Below, piece by piece: positions 1-10,358 of a stretch of 64,000 nucleotides of DNA; the stretch's first letter is position 1; the number at the start of each line of letters is the position of its first letter. This DNA is from an uncultured virus (IMG/VR IMGVR_UViG_3300044530_000636). Lineage: Duplodnaviria; Heunggongvirae; Uroviricota; Caudoviricetes. Both the position numbers and the translations under genes were made by a program. The notes beneath the pieces were generated by a model. That model searched no databases. It was given only the letters and a program-made list of their open reading frames with translations, and was not told the origin of the DNA. The stretch lies in the IMG/VR virus record IMGVR_UViG_3300044530_000636, one strand, 5' to 3'.

Positions 1-185
1 ACCATCATCACCACAGACAATATCACCCTCTGCATTGGCTTGTTCCAATATTCGTTTTACAAGGTCATCGGTCACGGAGATTATCCTTTATTAGATAAAC
101 GAACATTGAGAGGATCCAAATCACAGCGCCCCATACCAATATACCCAATGGGAGCAAGAACAAATAGAAGAACTCTGGGCTCTGA

Positions 186-620
186 CTAAGCAGCATTTTC
201 TACCACCTCCAAATGATCCTTAACAACCTTCAACGTTACTAGCTTACCGACATTAGGATTGCATCTGGTATAATCCCGACCACCGTCGATGAAGCCATCG
301 TTCTCTTCGTCTAAGACACGGTAATCATGACGATAACGAGAGTATACTATATCTTCGCCGATTTGTAAACCAGTAAATTCTTCGAGAGCAGAGATACCAT
401 TACAGACGGTAAACTGTCCAAAATCGTTACGATATAATCCCATATAGTTCGAACCTTCCGGATGCGCTTCCTCTGTATAGAAGATCGCTACAGGAAACTC
501 CGACCAACCACCAGTTCGAGTCTTAAGACATGTCTCGAATACGTATTTGGCATTATACATGTTCTCTACCTTGGCGATACCGTCTGGCTTGAGAAACGTA
601 GATTCATTATGTATTTTCAT
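186..620 (-). CDS. Conserved-looking phage hypothetical protein
   Basis: 144-aa ORF with RBS GAGGTG; SRYRHDY..FIDGGRDY motif; ends in AA. Confidence 0.6.
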   Translation of the reverse strand: MKIHNESTFLKPDGIAKVENMYNAKYVFETCLKTRTGGWSEFPVAIFYTEEAHPEGSNYMGLYRNDFGQFTVCNGISALEEFTGLQIGEDIVYSRYRHDYRVLDEENDGFIDGGRDYTRCNPNVGKLVTLKVVKDHLEVVENAA

Positions 621-755
621 CTATCCACCTCGTGATAATTATAGGACCAAACTTATAAAGCATATAGGGACGACCAGTAATCATCCCCCTTTTTCTCTTT
701 TTAAGGACAGCCCAATATTTTAGTTGGCTAGCGATCCTAATATTCCAACCGAACA

Positions 756-869
756 TTAGTATTTCTCCCGGATAATTCGTTTACGGTCATATTTCTTCTT
801 GTTGCGAACAATACGCTGTTTATATTTGCTCGAGCGGAGCTCAAGAGCGATTGGATTTATCTTAGACAT
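756..869 (-). CDS. 37-aa basic protein, ArfA-like (not in ORF track)
   Basis: Hand translation MSKINPIALELRSSKYKQRIVRNKKKYDRKRIIREKY; SD GAGGA; first gene after a minus-strand promoter; stop overlaps next ATG (TAATG). Confidence 0.55.
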   Translation of the reverse strand: MSKINPIALELRSSKYKQRIVRNKKKYDRKRIIREKY

Positions 870-897
870 CTATTCCTCTTTCATATTCACAATGATG

Positions 898-957
898 ATT
901 ATACCGTATCTTTCGAAAAAGACAACACTTGATTTTTACCGAAGATGTATATATAAT
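898..957. promoter_or_regulatory. Back-to-back sigma70 promoters
   Basis: Plus: TTGATT(929)-17-TATAAT(952). Minus: TTGTCT(925)-16-TATAAT. Confidence 0.65.
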
Positions 958-978
958 AGAGACAAAATGGAGTGTATG

Positions 979-2352
979 ATGAAGATAGATTTTAGTAATT
1001 TTAATATCATGGATAATTGCTTTAATAAAGAAAAAGATGCTTTGAGATTTTTAGATAAAGATCATACAGATTTCTTTTCTAAGATATGCGAAGTTATATT
1101 ACTAGAAACTGGATCTCGTAAGGCTACCGAAACTTGGCAATTATGTCAATTGAACCATTTGTTAAAACATGCGGCAGAGAAATCTCCATTCTGGAAAAAC
1201 AGATTAACAAATGTTGAACTGAATTCTCTGGAAGATTTAAAACAATTACCCATTCAAACAAGACAAGATGTAAAAGAACAAGTATCAAAAGATGGATGTT
1301 TATTGCCTCCAGAAGAAGGCATATTCACACATCATACATCTGGGTCTTCTGGTGTACCGATTAAATTTTATTACGCAAAAGCTAATGAAAAATTAAATCA
1401 ATATAGAATATTTGCCCGATACATTATCGGCGATTTTGATTTGAAAAATAATTCAACCAGATTGCATGCTGCTTCATATATGGAGGATCCAGGGTTTTCT
1501 GTAAAATACGCAGAAGTGGCTACAAAATATGGTTTCATTTCTACTGGACCAAGACGAATTATTTCTTATTCTAATCCAGATCTAAAGAAATTCCGTGAAT
1601 GTATTGGTTCTGAGAAAATAGGTTATCTCATTGTCAATCCATATATGATGGATACTCTAAGAACTCAAGTTTATCCTATCGAAGACATGGTAAAGGATGG
1701 ATTAAATGCTTGGACGCCAATTGGCGGAACAGCAAGCGACGAGGCTAAGAAAGAATGTAGAGACCTAGGAGTTAGAATTACTGGAAATTATTCTTCAGAA
1801 GAAATTGGATTGATTGGATATGAGTGTAATGAATGTCCGGATCATTATCATGTTTCTATGTCTAATGTTATTGTAGAATCTATACCAGAAGACGATTTGC
1901 AAATGGGCGATTCTAAACTTGGACGACTATTAATTACAAAAATGAGTTCTCATGCTACTCCATTTATTCGTTATGATATTGGAGACATAGGAGAATTATT
2001 GCATAAATGTCCATGCGGTCATGATGGACCAACAATTCGTAATCTACACGGTAGAACTAAAAATTTAGTTAGAAAACCAGATGGATCTATTTGGCCATTT
2101 TTGGTACAAGTAAAGAATCATACATTCATTTCAAATTACAAAGAATACAGATTCATTCAAACTGATCTGAATACCATTAGAATACAGATTGGTGGCATTA
2201 ATTCCATTTCAGAAGAAGAAGTAAAACAATGGGCTGGTGTTGTTTATGATCAGGTAGGTAAAAACACGTTTAATATAGAAATAGAACTTTTAGATAATAT
2301 CGATTGGGGTGGATCTAAAAAGAAAATACCATTTAAGAGTTTGGTGATATAA
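979..2352 (+). CDS. Phenylacetate-CoA-ligase (PaaK)-like adenylate-forming enzyme
   Basis: TSGSSG loop, YSSEEIG, FIRYDIGD, CPCG..GR motifs; start moved from 799 to 979 (GGAG RBS, promoter at 929-957). Confidence 0.75.
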   Translation: MKIDFSNFNIMDNCFNKEKDALRFLDKDHTDFFSKICEVILLETGSRKATETWQLCQLNHLLKHAAEKSPFWKNRLTNVELNSLEDLKQLPIQTRQDVKEQVSKDGCLLPPEEGIFTHHTSGSSGVPIKFYYAKANEKLNQYRIFARYIIGDFDLKNNSTRLHAASYMEDPGFSVKYAEVATKYGFISTGPRRIISYSNPDLKKFRECIGSEKIGYLIVNPYMMDTLRTQVYPIEDMVKDGLNAWTPIGGTASDEAKKECRDLGVRITGNYSSEEIGLIGYECNECPDHYHVSMSNVIVESIPEDDLQMGDSKLGRLLITKMSSHATPFIRYDIGDIGELLHKCPCGHDGPTIRNLHGRTKNLVRKPDGSIWPFLVQVKNHTFISNYKEYRFIQTDLNTIRIQIGGINSISEEEVKQWAGVVYDQVGKNTFNIEIELLDNIDWGGSKKKIPFKSLVI

Positions 2353-2975
2353 TGAAACCATGGCTTACAATTATTGGTGTAGGTGGTGCTGGAGTAGACG
2401 ATTTATCCACTCGTGCTAAAAACGTAATCAAACATGCAGAAGCTGTCGCAGGAACTAAATTTCATTTAGATCAAGTTGAAATAAATGGACAAAAGATATA
2501 TTTTCCAGAACGTAAAGTGGCAGTATTCGAAGAAATAGACAAATGGAGAGGCAAACAAACAGTCTTGTTAACGCAAGGCGATCCATTTTTCTATGGAATA
2601 GGTAAAATAATCTTAGATCGTTATAATTCACAAGAAATATATTCTATTCCAGCACCATCTGCATTCTCTCTTGTTGCTTCTAGAATGAAATGGCAACAGC
2701 AGGATTGTAAACTGTTATCGTTATACGACAGACCATTTGATGTGTTTGTAACACATTTAATACCAGGAACAAAAATAATATCCCTCTGCAGAGACGAGAA
2801 TACTCCCAGAATGGTTGCAGAATACCTTTCAAATAACAACATGGGAAAGTCTATCATTTACGTATTAGAAGGAATCGATACACCGAGAGAAAGAATACGA
2901 TGGACTCTAGCCGAGGAATATAATTTTAATGATGTAATCTCCTTCCTGAACAGTCTAGCTCTAGATATAAGATAG
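2352..2975 (+). CDS. cbiE: Tetrapyrrole (precorrin-6B C5) methyltransferase-like, CobL N-terminal/CbiE domain only
   Basis: WLTIIGVG, GDPFFYGIG, PAPSAFSL..SRM.W motifs; TAATG coupling to upstream gene. Confidence 0.7.
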   Translation: MKPWLTIIGVGGAGVDDLSTRAKNVIKHAEAVAGTKFHLDQVEINGQKIYFPERKVAVFEEIDKWRGKQTVLLTQGDPFFYGIGKIILDRYNSQEIYSIPAPSAFSLVASRMKWQQQDCKLLSLYDRPFDVFVTHLIPGTKIISLCRDENTPRMVAEYLSNNNMGKSIIYVLEGIDTPRERIRWTLAEEYNFNDVISFLNSLALDIR

Positions 2976-2978
2976 GTG

Positions 2979-3037
2979 TTGACTTTTTAAAAGATCCGGG
3001 GTATACTATACGTATACTTGATGAGGAGATTGAAATG
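2979..3037 (+). promoter_or_regulatory. Repeated early promoter + RBS cassette, copy 1
   Basis: TTGACT-17-TATACT...TTGATGAGGAGATTGAAATG; similar copies at 3676 and 27921. Confidence 0.85.
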
Positions 3038-3679
3038 GTCACCCTGTCTAAAGCCTCTAAGATGCCTGCTAAATCCTGGTCTCTCCAAGCGGGTAATACC
3101 TGTCCTGGATCCATTGATCCCGTTTCGAAACAGCCGCTTCCGGTCTGTGCTGGCTGCTATGCTAAAGATGGCATGTATAATATGCCGAACTCCAAGCGAG
3201 TCCGTGATGCCAACCGTGAGGATTGGAAACGAGCCGAATGGGTCGACGAGATGGTCGAGGCTCTGAAGAAGCAGAAGTATTTCCGCTGGTTTGACTCGGG
3301 AGACGTCTATCATCCTGCTCTGGCGTTTAAGATCTTTCTGGTTATGCAGAAGACTCCGCACGTCAAACATTGGCTTCCCACCAAATCCTACAATATCCCG
3401 AAAATCCGTGCAGTTCTTGAGCGTATGAAGGCTCTCGAGAATGCCTCTGTCCGCTATTCCTCGCCGTCTATCACTGGCGAGTATACGGAAGATCACGGCG
3501 CTACGGTTATTTCCTACGCCGAGGATGAGACGACTGCTACGGTCTGTGGAGCCTATTCCCGTGGCGGTAAGTGTGGCGAGTGCCGTGCTTGCTGGGATAA
3601 GACTGTGTCTGTCGTTGCCTATCCTGCTCACGGATCTCGCATGATGGCCAAGATCCGTCGAATGAAAAAGGCTGCTTGA
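3035..3679 (+). CDS. GP88-like (radical-SAM-related) Cys-rich phage protein
   Basis: SKMPAKSWSL, C..CYA, FRWFDSGD, C..C..CW motifs. Confidence 0.7.
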   Translation: MVTLSKASKMPAKSWSLQAGNTCPGSIDPVSKQPLPVCAGCYAKDGMYNMPNSKRVRDANREDWKRAEWVDEMVEALKKQKYFRWFDSGDVYHPALAFKIFLVMQKTPHVKHWLPTKSYNIPKIRAVLERMKALENASVRYSSPSITGEYTEDHGATVISYAEDETTATVCGAYSRGGKCGECRACWDKTVSVVAYPAHGSRMMAKIRRMKKAA

Positions 3680-3734
3680 CTTTTTTAAAAGATCAGGCTA
3701 TACTATGTCTATGGTTGATGAGGAGATTGAAATG
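3676..3734 (+). promoter_or_regulatory. Repeated early promoter + RBS cassette, copy 2
   Basis: TTGACT(3676)-17-TATACT(3699); the -35 overlaps the upstream TGA. Confidence 0.85.
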
Positions 3735-4004
3735 AAGACTGCTTCCCAGATTAATGCCGCTATTCTCTCTGGTTCTTTCTCTCCGGAGGAGATCCGCTCT
3801 ATGTCCCAGGCTGTCTCTATTAAATTCAAGGAGATGCAGCGTCGTGCGACTATTCTCTTTGCGAAGGGCGATAAGGTTAAGTTCGAGACTCGCTCTGGCG
3901 AGACTATCACGGGTACTGTGGCTCGTATTAATCAGAAGACTGTTACGGTCAATACGTCTACTTCCCAGTGGAAGGTTTCTGGCTCGCTGCTCCGGAGGGC
4001 ATAA
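3732..4004 (+). CDS. Small protein with KOW/SH3-like C-terminus
   Basis: GDKVKF...GTVARINQKTVTV; strong RBS. Confidence 0.55.
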   Translation: MKTASQINAAILSGSFSPEEIRSMSQAVSIKFKEMQRRATILFAKGDKVKFETRSGETITGTVARINQKTVTVNTSTSQWKVSGSLLRRA

Positions 4005-4690
4005 TGAAAATCTGGGTTCTCGTTGGTATCTATGAAGATATGCAAACAAAAATCTTGGGATATTACAACTCCCATATGGAAGCATTCGATCATAGGTATC
4101 TTTATCAAATGTTAAATCCTACTAAATTCGAGATGGTGCATATTCATTCTCTAGATCTAACAGAGGCGACTATCTGATGAAAGAGGAATGGTCAATCACT
4201 CGAGAAGAGGCTCGAGAAGTATCCACTCTTATCTGGGAATATCTCAAAGAGGGTGGTCATAACCTAGACAACAACATGCTCGAGCGAGTCGGAGAGGCTC
4301 TTATTTGGGCTGATCGTATCCGTATTGTTGCTTCAGGAGAGGAACTTGACAATGAATACTGATTGGTGCGAAACGGGAGACTTTCTCTACGAGATCAATC
4401 GTAAGATCGAGAACCATATTCAGGATCATTTCGAACTGATATACTCAGGGCGAGACAACGTAGGACTCGACAGTCGCTGTGGCCCTATCTATATCAATCA
4501 GGAGTATATCGCCGTAGATAAGTTCCGTGCAGGAACGATCGAATACTACGGTGGCTTCGAATACGTAGACAAGGATCATCGACAGGAGATGGGCGACTTC
4601 GTATTCTATTCTCGAGAGTCGAGTCGGATCGCAGAACATATCGATCGGTTCTTCGGTGTAGAGACTCCGGAAGAGGAAGATGTTGACTAG
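4004..4690 (+). other. Three coupled small hypothetical CDS (4004-4177, 4177-4362, 4352-4690)
   Basis: Overlapping stop/start codons and RBSs. Confidence 0.55.
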
Positions 4691-4711
4691 TATCCGTATC
4701 TAGGGTATAAT
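4683..4711 (+). promoter_or_regulatory. Early sigma70 promoter
   Basis: TTGACT-17-TATAAT. Confidence 0.8.
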
Positions 4712-4736
4712 ATCTTATAGCTTGAAGGAGATAGTC

Positions 4737-5558
4737 ATGCCTCGTGGTGTTCGTGCCCATAAAGATAATGTTGACGCTATTGCCGCTCTGGCCGCTGTCG
4801 CCGAGACAGACGACGAGATCGAACAGCGTATTAGTGAACGGTTCGATATCCTCGAGGCATTGACTGACAGCTGTATCGCTGGTAACTCCCGTGCGCTTAT
4901 CGTCAGTGGTCCGGCTGGACTCGGTAAATCCTATACTGTCGAGAAGAAACTCGAGGCGTGGGATCCTTCGGGTAACAACTACGCTATTACGAAGGGATAC
5001 GTCCGTGCGACTGGTCTCGTCAAGCTGCTCTACGCCTATCGTGAGGCTGGTCAGGTTCTCGTATTCGATGACGCCGATGCCATTTTCTTTGACGACGTGT
5101 CTCTCAATCTTCTGAAGGCGGTTTGCGATACGACTGAGCGTCGTGTCGTGTCTTGGCTTTCCGAGGGTCGGCTGCTCGAAGAAGAGACTGGCGAACTTGT
5201 TCCTCGCTCGTTTGTGTTCGAGGGTACAATCGTGTTTATCTCGAACTACGACTTCGACGCTATGATCGATCGTGGCCATAAACTGGCTCCGCATTTGCAG
5301 GCGATGGTGTCTCGTGCTCATTACCTGGATCTGGCGATGAAGAGCCGTCGTGACTATCTGGTGCGTATTCGTCAGGTAGTTGCTCAGGGATTGCTCTCTG
5401 ATCTCGATCTCGACGAGCAGGTGGATGTTCTTACGTTCATCGAGGCGTATAGCGAAAATCTCCGTGAGTTGTCGCTGCGTATGGCTCTTAAAATTGCCTC
5501 TATCCGTAAGACTAACGCCAATTGGCAAACTGTTGCGAAGGTTACATGCTGCAGATAA
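4737..5558 (+). CDS. AAA-family ATPase
   Basis: Walker A GPAGLGKS, Walker B VLVFDDAD; AAGGAG RBS before ATG 4737. Confidence 0.8.
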   Translation: MPRGVRAHKDNVDAIAALAAVAETDDEIEQRISERFDILEALTDSCIAGNSRALIVSGPAGLGKSYTVEKKLEAWDPSGNNYAITKGYVRATGLVKLLYAYREAGQVLVFDDADAIFFDDVSLNLLKAVCDTTERRVVSWLSEGRLLEEETGELVPRSFVFEGTIVFISNYDFDAMIDRGHKLAPHLQAMVSRAHYLDLAMKSRRDYLVRIRQVVAQGLLSDLDLDEQVDVLTFIEAYSENLRELSLRMALKIASIRKTNANWQTVAKVTCCR

Positions 5559-5679
5559 ATGGTATAATCTATGTGTACAGAAGGGATACGTGGCTACGAC
5601 CCTATGATGAGTTTTTCGTAGGGTCGTGGTCATTCTATATCCGTAGAGTTAATAAGAATAGACGTCCGAAGAGGAACAA

Positions 5680-6363
5680 ATGGAAAAGCCCACGCAAGAA
5701 TTCTTTGCGACTCTAGGTCAATATGTATATCAGTATATTGATTCAGAGGGTAAACCATATTACACTGGCAAGGGTAATGGAGACCGTTGTTACGCTCACG
5801 TGATTGAAAAGGGTTTGAACCCAGAAGAGTGTTACATCGTCGCAAGAAATCTTGAAAAGTTTGAAAACAAGAAAGACTGGCAATCCTTTCTGTTGGAATC
5901 ATATCTGATTGCCACCCAATCTCCAGATGGCAATACTGTCTCTGGTCACTATAAGGAATGTTTTGTTATGGCTTCGCTATCGTCAATGTTCTCTAGCTTC
6001 AAGAGCGAACAGTATGATATGTTTGAATCTTTCCCGTCGTGGTATCTCGATAATTATAGCACATTCCGTGGTCGACTTCGTGAGGTTAAGCTGAATGCAA
6101 CGACTGCATTCTTCCTGTCCATTGCACGAAACAAAATGTATATGATGTGGTGGTGGAACCCAGACTCTGACGATCCTATCAAGGTTACATTCGAGATCAA
6201 TGCCTATGGTGACGAGTTGAACACGCAGAAGGCTACAATGCGAGAGTGGCTGAAGAAGAATGGTTACTCGAAAGTCCACGACGACGGCAAGGAACAGAAG
6301 TTCGCTATCTATATCCAAACGATTGAAGATGTAGTAAATCTGTTCGAAGAGTTTATGTCATAA
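5680..6363 (+). CDS. GIY-YIG-like nuclease domain protein
   Basis: YVYQY...YYTGKG...R..AH N-terminal motif. Confidence 0.6.
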   Translation: MEKPTQEFFATLGQYVYQYIDSEGKPYYTGKGNGDRCYAHVIEKGLNPEECYIVARNLEKFENKKDWQSFLLESYLIATQSPDGNTVSGHYKECFVMASLSSMFSSFKSEQYDMFESFPSWYLDNYSTFRGRLREVKLNATTAFFLSIARNKMYMMWWWNPDSDDPIKVTFEINAYGDELNTQKATMREWLKKNGYSKVHDDGKEQKFAIYIQTIEDVVNLFEEFMS

Positions 6364-6371
6364 GAGGTGAA

Positions 6372-6812
6372 ATGATGAAGTGTTATATCGTGGATATTGA
6401 TGGAACGATTGCCAACAACGAGCATCGTATTCATTACATCACTAATGGTCATAAAGACTGGGATAAATGGCACGCCAATGCGCATAAGGACGAGCCAATC
6501 GAGCAGATGGTAGAGATCCTCGATCTCGCTGCCGCCGCTGGTATTAAGATTGTTCTCTGCACTGGTCGTGACGAAAAGTGTCGAGAGGATACGCTCGAAT
6601 GGCTACACGAACACGATATTCCATACAACGCTCTCTTTATGCGTAAGCTGGGAGATCGTCGTGATGACGATATCGTAAAGTTCGAATTGCTCGAGCAGAT
6701 CTATGAAATGGGATACGAGCCTGTGCTAGTATTTGACGATCGTGATCGAGTGGTTAAGATGTGGAGAGCCGCTGGACTCCGCTGCTTCCAAGTAGCGCCA
6801 GGAGACTTCTGA
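6372..6812 (+). CDS. HAD phosphatase, PseT 3'-phosphatase-domain-like (no kinase domain)
   Basis: DIDGT, TGR, FDDR..VV.MWR, QVAPGDF. Confidence 0.85.
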   Translation: MMKCYIVDIDGTIANNEHRIHYITNGHKDWDKWHANAHKDEPIEQMVEILDLAAAAGIKIVLCTGRDEKCREDTLEWLHEHDIPYNALFMRKLGDRRDDDIVKFELLEQIYEMGYEPVLVFDDRDRVVKMWRAAGLRCFQVAPGDF

Positions 6813-7102
6813 TGAAACGATTAGTATACGCTCTATTGCTTCTGCCGTCAATAGCCTACGGCAAAGAAGATATCGAGTGTGCTAAGAAACATACAGACGG
6901 GCAGATCCACTGCAACGCCAATAAGACAATGACGATTACTCGTATCGTAGAGAATGGTGGAGAGTGTGCAGACTACACTCTCTACCGTATTATACCTGAG
7001 GGATATCACTGGGCAATCCCTCCGCAGAAATCTTGCCACTACATTTCTGGCTTGACAATATACACCAAAGAGGGTAAGATATACAAGTTCGCTCCCCTTT
7101 AG
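6812..7102 (+). CDS. Secreted Cys-containing hypothetical protein
   Basis: Signal-peptide-like MKRLVYALLLLPSIAYG. Confidence 0.5.
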   Translation: MKRLVYALLLLPSIAYGKEDIECAKKHTDGQIHCNANKTMTITRIVENGGECADYTLYRIIPEGYHWAIPPQKSCHYISGLTIYTKEGKIYKFAPL

Positions 7103-7111
7103 GAGATTGTT

Positions 7112-7492
7112 ATGCGCCTCACGGTTCGTATGAAGGATCCTCGTTATGATGTTCGACATCGTTACGCTACTAGCTGCGTTATCCCTGAATATAATGACTA
7201 TACTGGCGATATCGTCCCTCGGTTCCCATGGCTGGACGACAATTGGTTTGTTCTAACAACTGGTGATAAAGATGCTCCATTTCGTATACTTCACAAGGAT
7301 AGTATTATTTGTGGCTGGTTGGGCGTTGGCGGTATCTCTGCTGATAACAGCAATACAATGGTCAGTATCCCTCGGGGTGACAAATCCTACACTGTCACTC
7401 TTTGCGATGATGGGAGCCTCGCTTGCAACTGTACTGGTTTTGGCTATAGGCGTAGTTGTTCTCATGTTAGAGAAGTAGAGGAAGCGGCATGA
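7112..7492 (+). CDS. SWIM-type zinc finger protein
   Basis: CNCTGF.YRRSCSH; preceded by TTGACA promoter near 7052. Confidence 0.65.
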   Translation: MRLTVRMKDPRYDVRHRYATSCVIPEYNDYTGDIVPRFPWLDDNWFVLTTGDKDAPFRILHKDSIICGWLGVGGISADNSNTMVSIPRGDKSYTVTLCDDGSLACNCTGFGYRRSCSHVREVEEAA

Positions 7493-7661
7493 TTTATGTT
7501 CTAATTATGACAATACAGTCAACCCATGTAGATGGTGGCCTCGCAATACACTCTATTGATTTCGTTGATAAGAATGCAGCGAATGTTGCAGGTCGGCAAT
7601 GGAAAGATTCATTGCAAAATCAACGTATCAACGCCAATTATGTAGTAGTGGAGAAACCATA

Positions 7662-9033
7662 ATGAAATTCAAGAAAGAACTCCTACAAGAATTAGCATAT
7701 GAATGTTATGTTGATGGCTTTGAAGTCATTGAACAAAAAATGACTGGTCATACTAGATGGTCACTTAAATATAGTATGATCTTCAAGTTTGAGGATAAGT
7801 TATATAAAACTTCCTATAGCACAGGTGCTACTGAATATCAAGACGAAGACCCATATGAATATGAGCCTGACGAAATAGAATGTCCAGAGGTAATTCCTGT
7901 GGAAAAGACTATCATTGTATATGAGACAAAGAAATGAAACTCTTAAAGGTTAAAGAAGAATCATTCGACGTTACCTGGGAAAAGGGTAAGAAGTCTAAAC
8001 TATATGCTGTAGTTTATAGCCCTTGGGGTAGTCATAAGGTTGTTATCGCAGTGTTTGATAATACTTATTGGGCGGAATTCTTTGTAAATTCCAGCGCCAT
8101 TAAACACCAACTATCGGTAATGGAAGTAAAACGATGAGCGACGAAGGCAAAGGGTTTTTGATTTTTATTGGATGTTTTCTTATTGCTGCGATCGCAATTG
8201 CGGCATCAACATCATATTCCAACTATCTGTTTACGATGAGACAGAAGGATTGTATCTCTGCTGGTTACGAGTGGGTGCATCTGCCTAACTTTACAGAAAT
8301 GGAATGTAGGAAGGTTACAAAATGAAAATGATATACAAATATCCGCTGGGCGTAGATATCCATCACAACGCCATTTATGAGATTGAAATGCCGAGGGGCG
8401 CAAAGATCCTCGATATTCAGAATCAGGGCGGAATGCCTATGATCTGGGCGATTGTTAATCCTAAGAAAGAGAAGCGTAAGTATGTATTCCATGTATTTGG
8501 TACTGGCTTCGAGATGGTAGACTACGATAAGAAGCATTATGAATATGTTAAGACAGTCCAGACTGGACATCTTACTCAGCTGGTCTGGCATATCTTTGAG
8601 GTGCACGAATAATGACGCAAGAGAAACAGTGGTTTGAAGAGGCGCAACGAGCGGCGCATCTCGACGATACCTATCTCCGTAGTATTGATTATCTCCGTGA
8701 TAAGCTGGATGATATAGTCAGTAGAAATAGAACATATGAGCAGGTAGCAATATCAGTTGATATGGCGAAGCTGCTGCTCGACGCTCTGGAGAAATACTAA
8801 TGACACCGAAAGCTGAAAGTCTAATGGTCGGCAGCTTATTATTTGGATTGATTGTGTTCATTGGAATTGCTATCTATCTCGATAGTGGTCGTCAAGAACA
8901 GGTAAGTCAAGAGTCTATTCGCTGCGCAGAGGCTGGTGGCGTCTATCTCGATAGAACTTATTCCTACGGTAAGAATAACACGGGTCATCTATATACCTGC
9001 GTTGACAAGAAAATGGTAATTCAAGAGTTCTAA
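7662..9033 (+). other. Run of small early hypothetical CDS (7662-7937, 7934-8137, 8134-8325, 8322-8612, 8612-8800, 8800-9033)
   Basis: ATGA/TAATG overlaps; two have a single TM helix. Confidence 0.6.
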
Positions 9034-9039
9034 TAAATA
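9032..9039 (+). promoter_or_regulatory. T4-type late promoter
   Basis: AATAAATA in intergenic gap. Confidence 0.55.
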
Positions 9040-9074
9040 CACCATAATTGTTCTGCCAATACAAGGAGATTAAA

Positions 9075-9425
9075 ATGGCTGAGAAATATTATAGAATTCC
9101 TGTTGCAAAGGGTCTTATTAAGCTATCTGCAATTGAATATATTACGCCAGTCGTAACTTATAGCGAAAACTCTTATGGATTCCGTATCATTTATACCAAT
9201 TACACTTCTGTTCCGTTGAATCCTAAGAATCCATTGTCTAACAATTTCACTAATACAGAGAACACTGGTGGAATCAGAGTAATTCCAGATTCGCAGCTTG
9301 CAGACGGTTACAATTGTTCATTGTCTGGCTCTGATAAAGCAAAGCTAGAAGAATACAGAAACGATCTCATCAATGTTCTTACTGAGAATGGTGTCAATCT
9401 AATTGACAATTTTCCAAACGAATAA
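9075..9425 (+). CDS. Hypothetical protein, probably late
   Basis: AAGGAG RBS; lies between late promoter and terminator. Confidence 0.6.
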   Translation: MAEKYYRIPVAKGLIKLSAIEYITPVVTYSENSYGFRIIYTNYTSVPLNPKNPLSNNFTNTENTGGIRVIPDSQLADGYNCSLSGSDKAKLEEYRNDLINVLTENGVNLIDNFPNE

Positions 9426-9428
9426 TTA

Positions 9429-9450
9429 GAGGGGATTCATTCCCCTCTTT
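9429..9450 (+). terminator. Intrinsic terminator
   Basis: GAGGGGA-TTCAT-TCCCCTC-TTT. Confidence 0.7.
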
Positions 9451-9464
9451 TCCTATAGGATGAT

Positions 9465-10064
9465 ATGATGAAATATAGTTTTTTGATTACGACTACAGGA
9501 GATAAAATACGTATATTCGACGACGTATTCGATCCTCAGAAAGTCTATTTCATACACAAATTCCTCACCCAATCGTATTTCCAATTCCGTTCATCCTCTA
9601 CGACTCTTCAAGAGCATAGTGCATACATATATCCCTCTTCGTCTTTTAGTAAAGAGGATATCGTCAATCTGTCTTTCTTCGAGGGACAGAATATTATGCA
9701 TCTATTAGACGAGACTCTGACAGCCAGAGTATTAACTCGATGCTGGTGTAATGCTATTCTGGAAGGCTCGAAGTATTTCTGGCATGTCGACGCTGGAGCT
9801 CCGAGGGATACAGGCGACCAGACAATGCTCTATTACGCCAATAGTAATTGGGATAAGGATTGGCAAGGCGAGACTCTATTCTGTAATAAGAATGGCGAGT
9901 GCGAGATTGCAGTGGCAGCGAAGCCAGGAAGAATAGTAATATTTGATTCTGGCCTAATGCATAAGCCAGTTCCTATTTCCTCTATTGCTACAACGCCCAG
10001 ATATTCTATTGTATTTCAGTTTATGAAACAAGGCGAGAATTTATTACCATGCCCGCTAGAATAA
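9465..10064 (+). CDS. 2OG-Fe(II) oxygenase (prolyl-hydroxylase-like)
   Basis: HVD...W..DWQGET...H...R.S. Confidence 0.8.
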   Translation: MMKYSFLITTTGDKIRIFDDVFDPQKVYFIHKFLTQSYFQFRSSSTTLQEHSAYIYPSSSFSKEDIVNLSFFEGQNIMHLLDETLTARVLTRCWCNAILEGSKYFWHVDAGAPRDTGDQTMLYYANSNWDKDWQGETLFCNKNGECEIAVAAKPGRIVIFDSGLMHKPVPISSIATTPRYSIVFQFMKQGENLLPCPLE

Positions 10065-10276
10065 CCAAGCAATCACCAATATCTGACCAGTGGCATACCC
10101 TACTGATTGACCAATACGAACAGGACGAGTTTGAGCGCCGCTATCTGGCCTGGACTCACGGTAAACTTTATATTGAAGATGCATTCCCTGACCTATCAGC
10201 GGGACAGCGAGAGTTTATTAAGACTGGAATTACTAGTGAAGAGTGGAAGAAATATATTGGAGATGATGATGCCTAG
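10049..10276 (+). CDS. Hypothetical protein
   Basis: IEDAFPDLS..QREFIKTGIT.EEW motif typical of small phage ORFs. Confidence 0.6.
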   Translation: MPARITKQSPISDQWHTLLIDQYEQDEFERRYLAWTHGKLYIEDAFPDLSAGQREFIKTGITSEEWKKYIGDDDA

Positions 10277-10358
10277 ATTATTAGGAATGATGATTGGCCT
10301 AGTATATTGGCTATTTGTAATTACTATTGTTGATGCATTAATTAAGACGCTTAACAGC

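Noticed and set aside
799..978. N-terminal extension of the 517-aa ORF
   Set aside because: Overlaps two promoters and a minus-strand gene; the RBS supports a start near 979
4494..5633. 379-aa minus-strand ORF (also 2987-3631, 13457-14038, 28416-28973)
   Set aside because: Antisense shadows of codon-biased genes with clear motifs or promoters; no RBS or motifs of their own
5680..6363. Intron-encoded homing endonuclease
   Set aside because: Flanking genes are intact and no group I intron core was recognised; treated as free-standing
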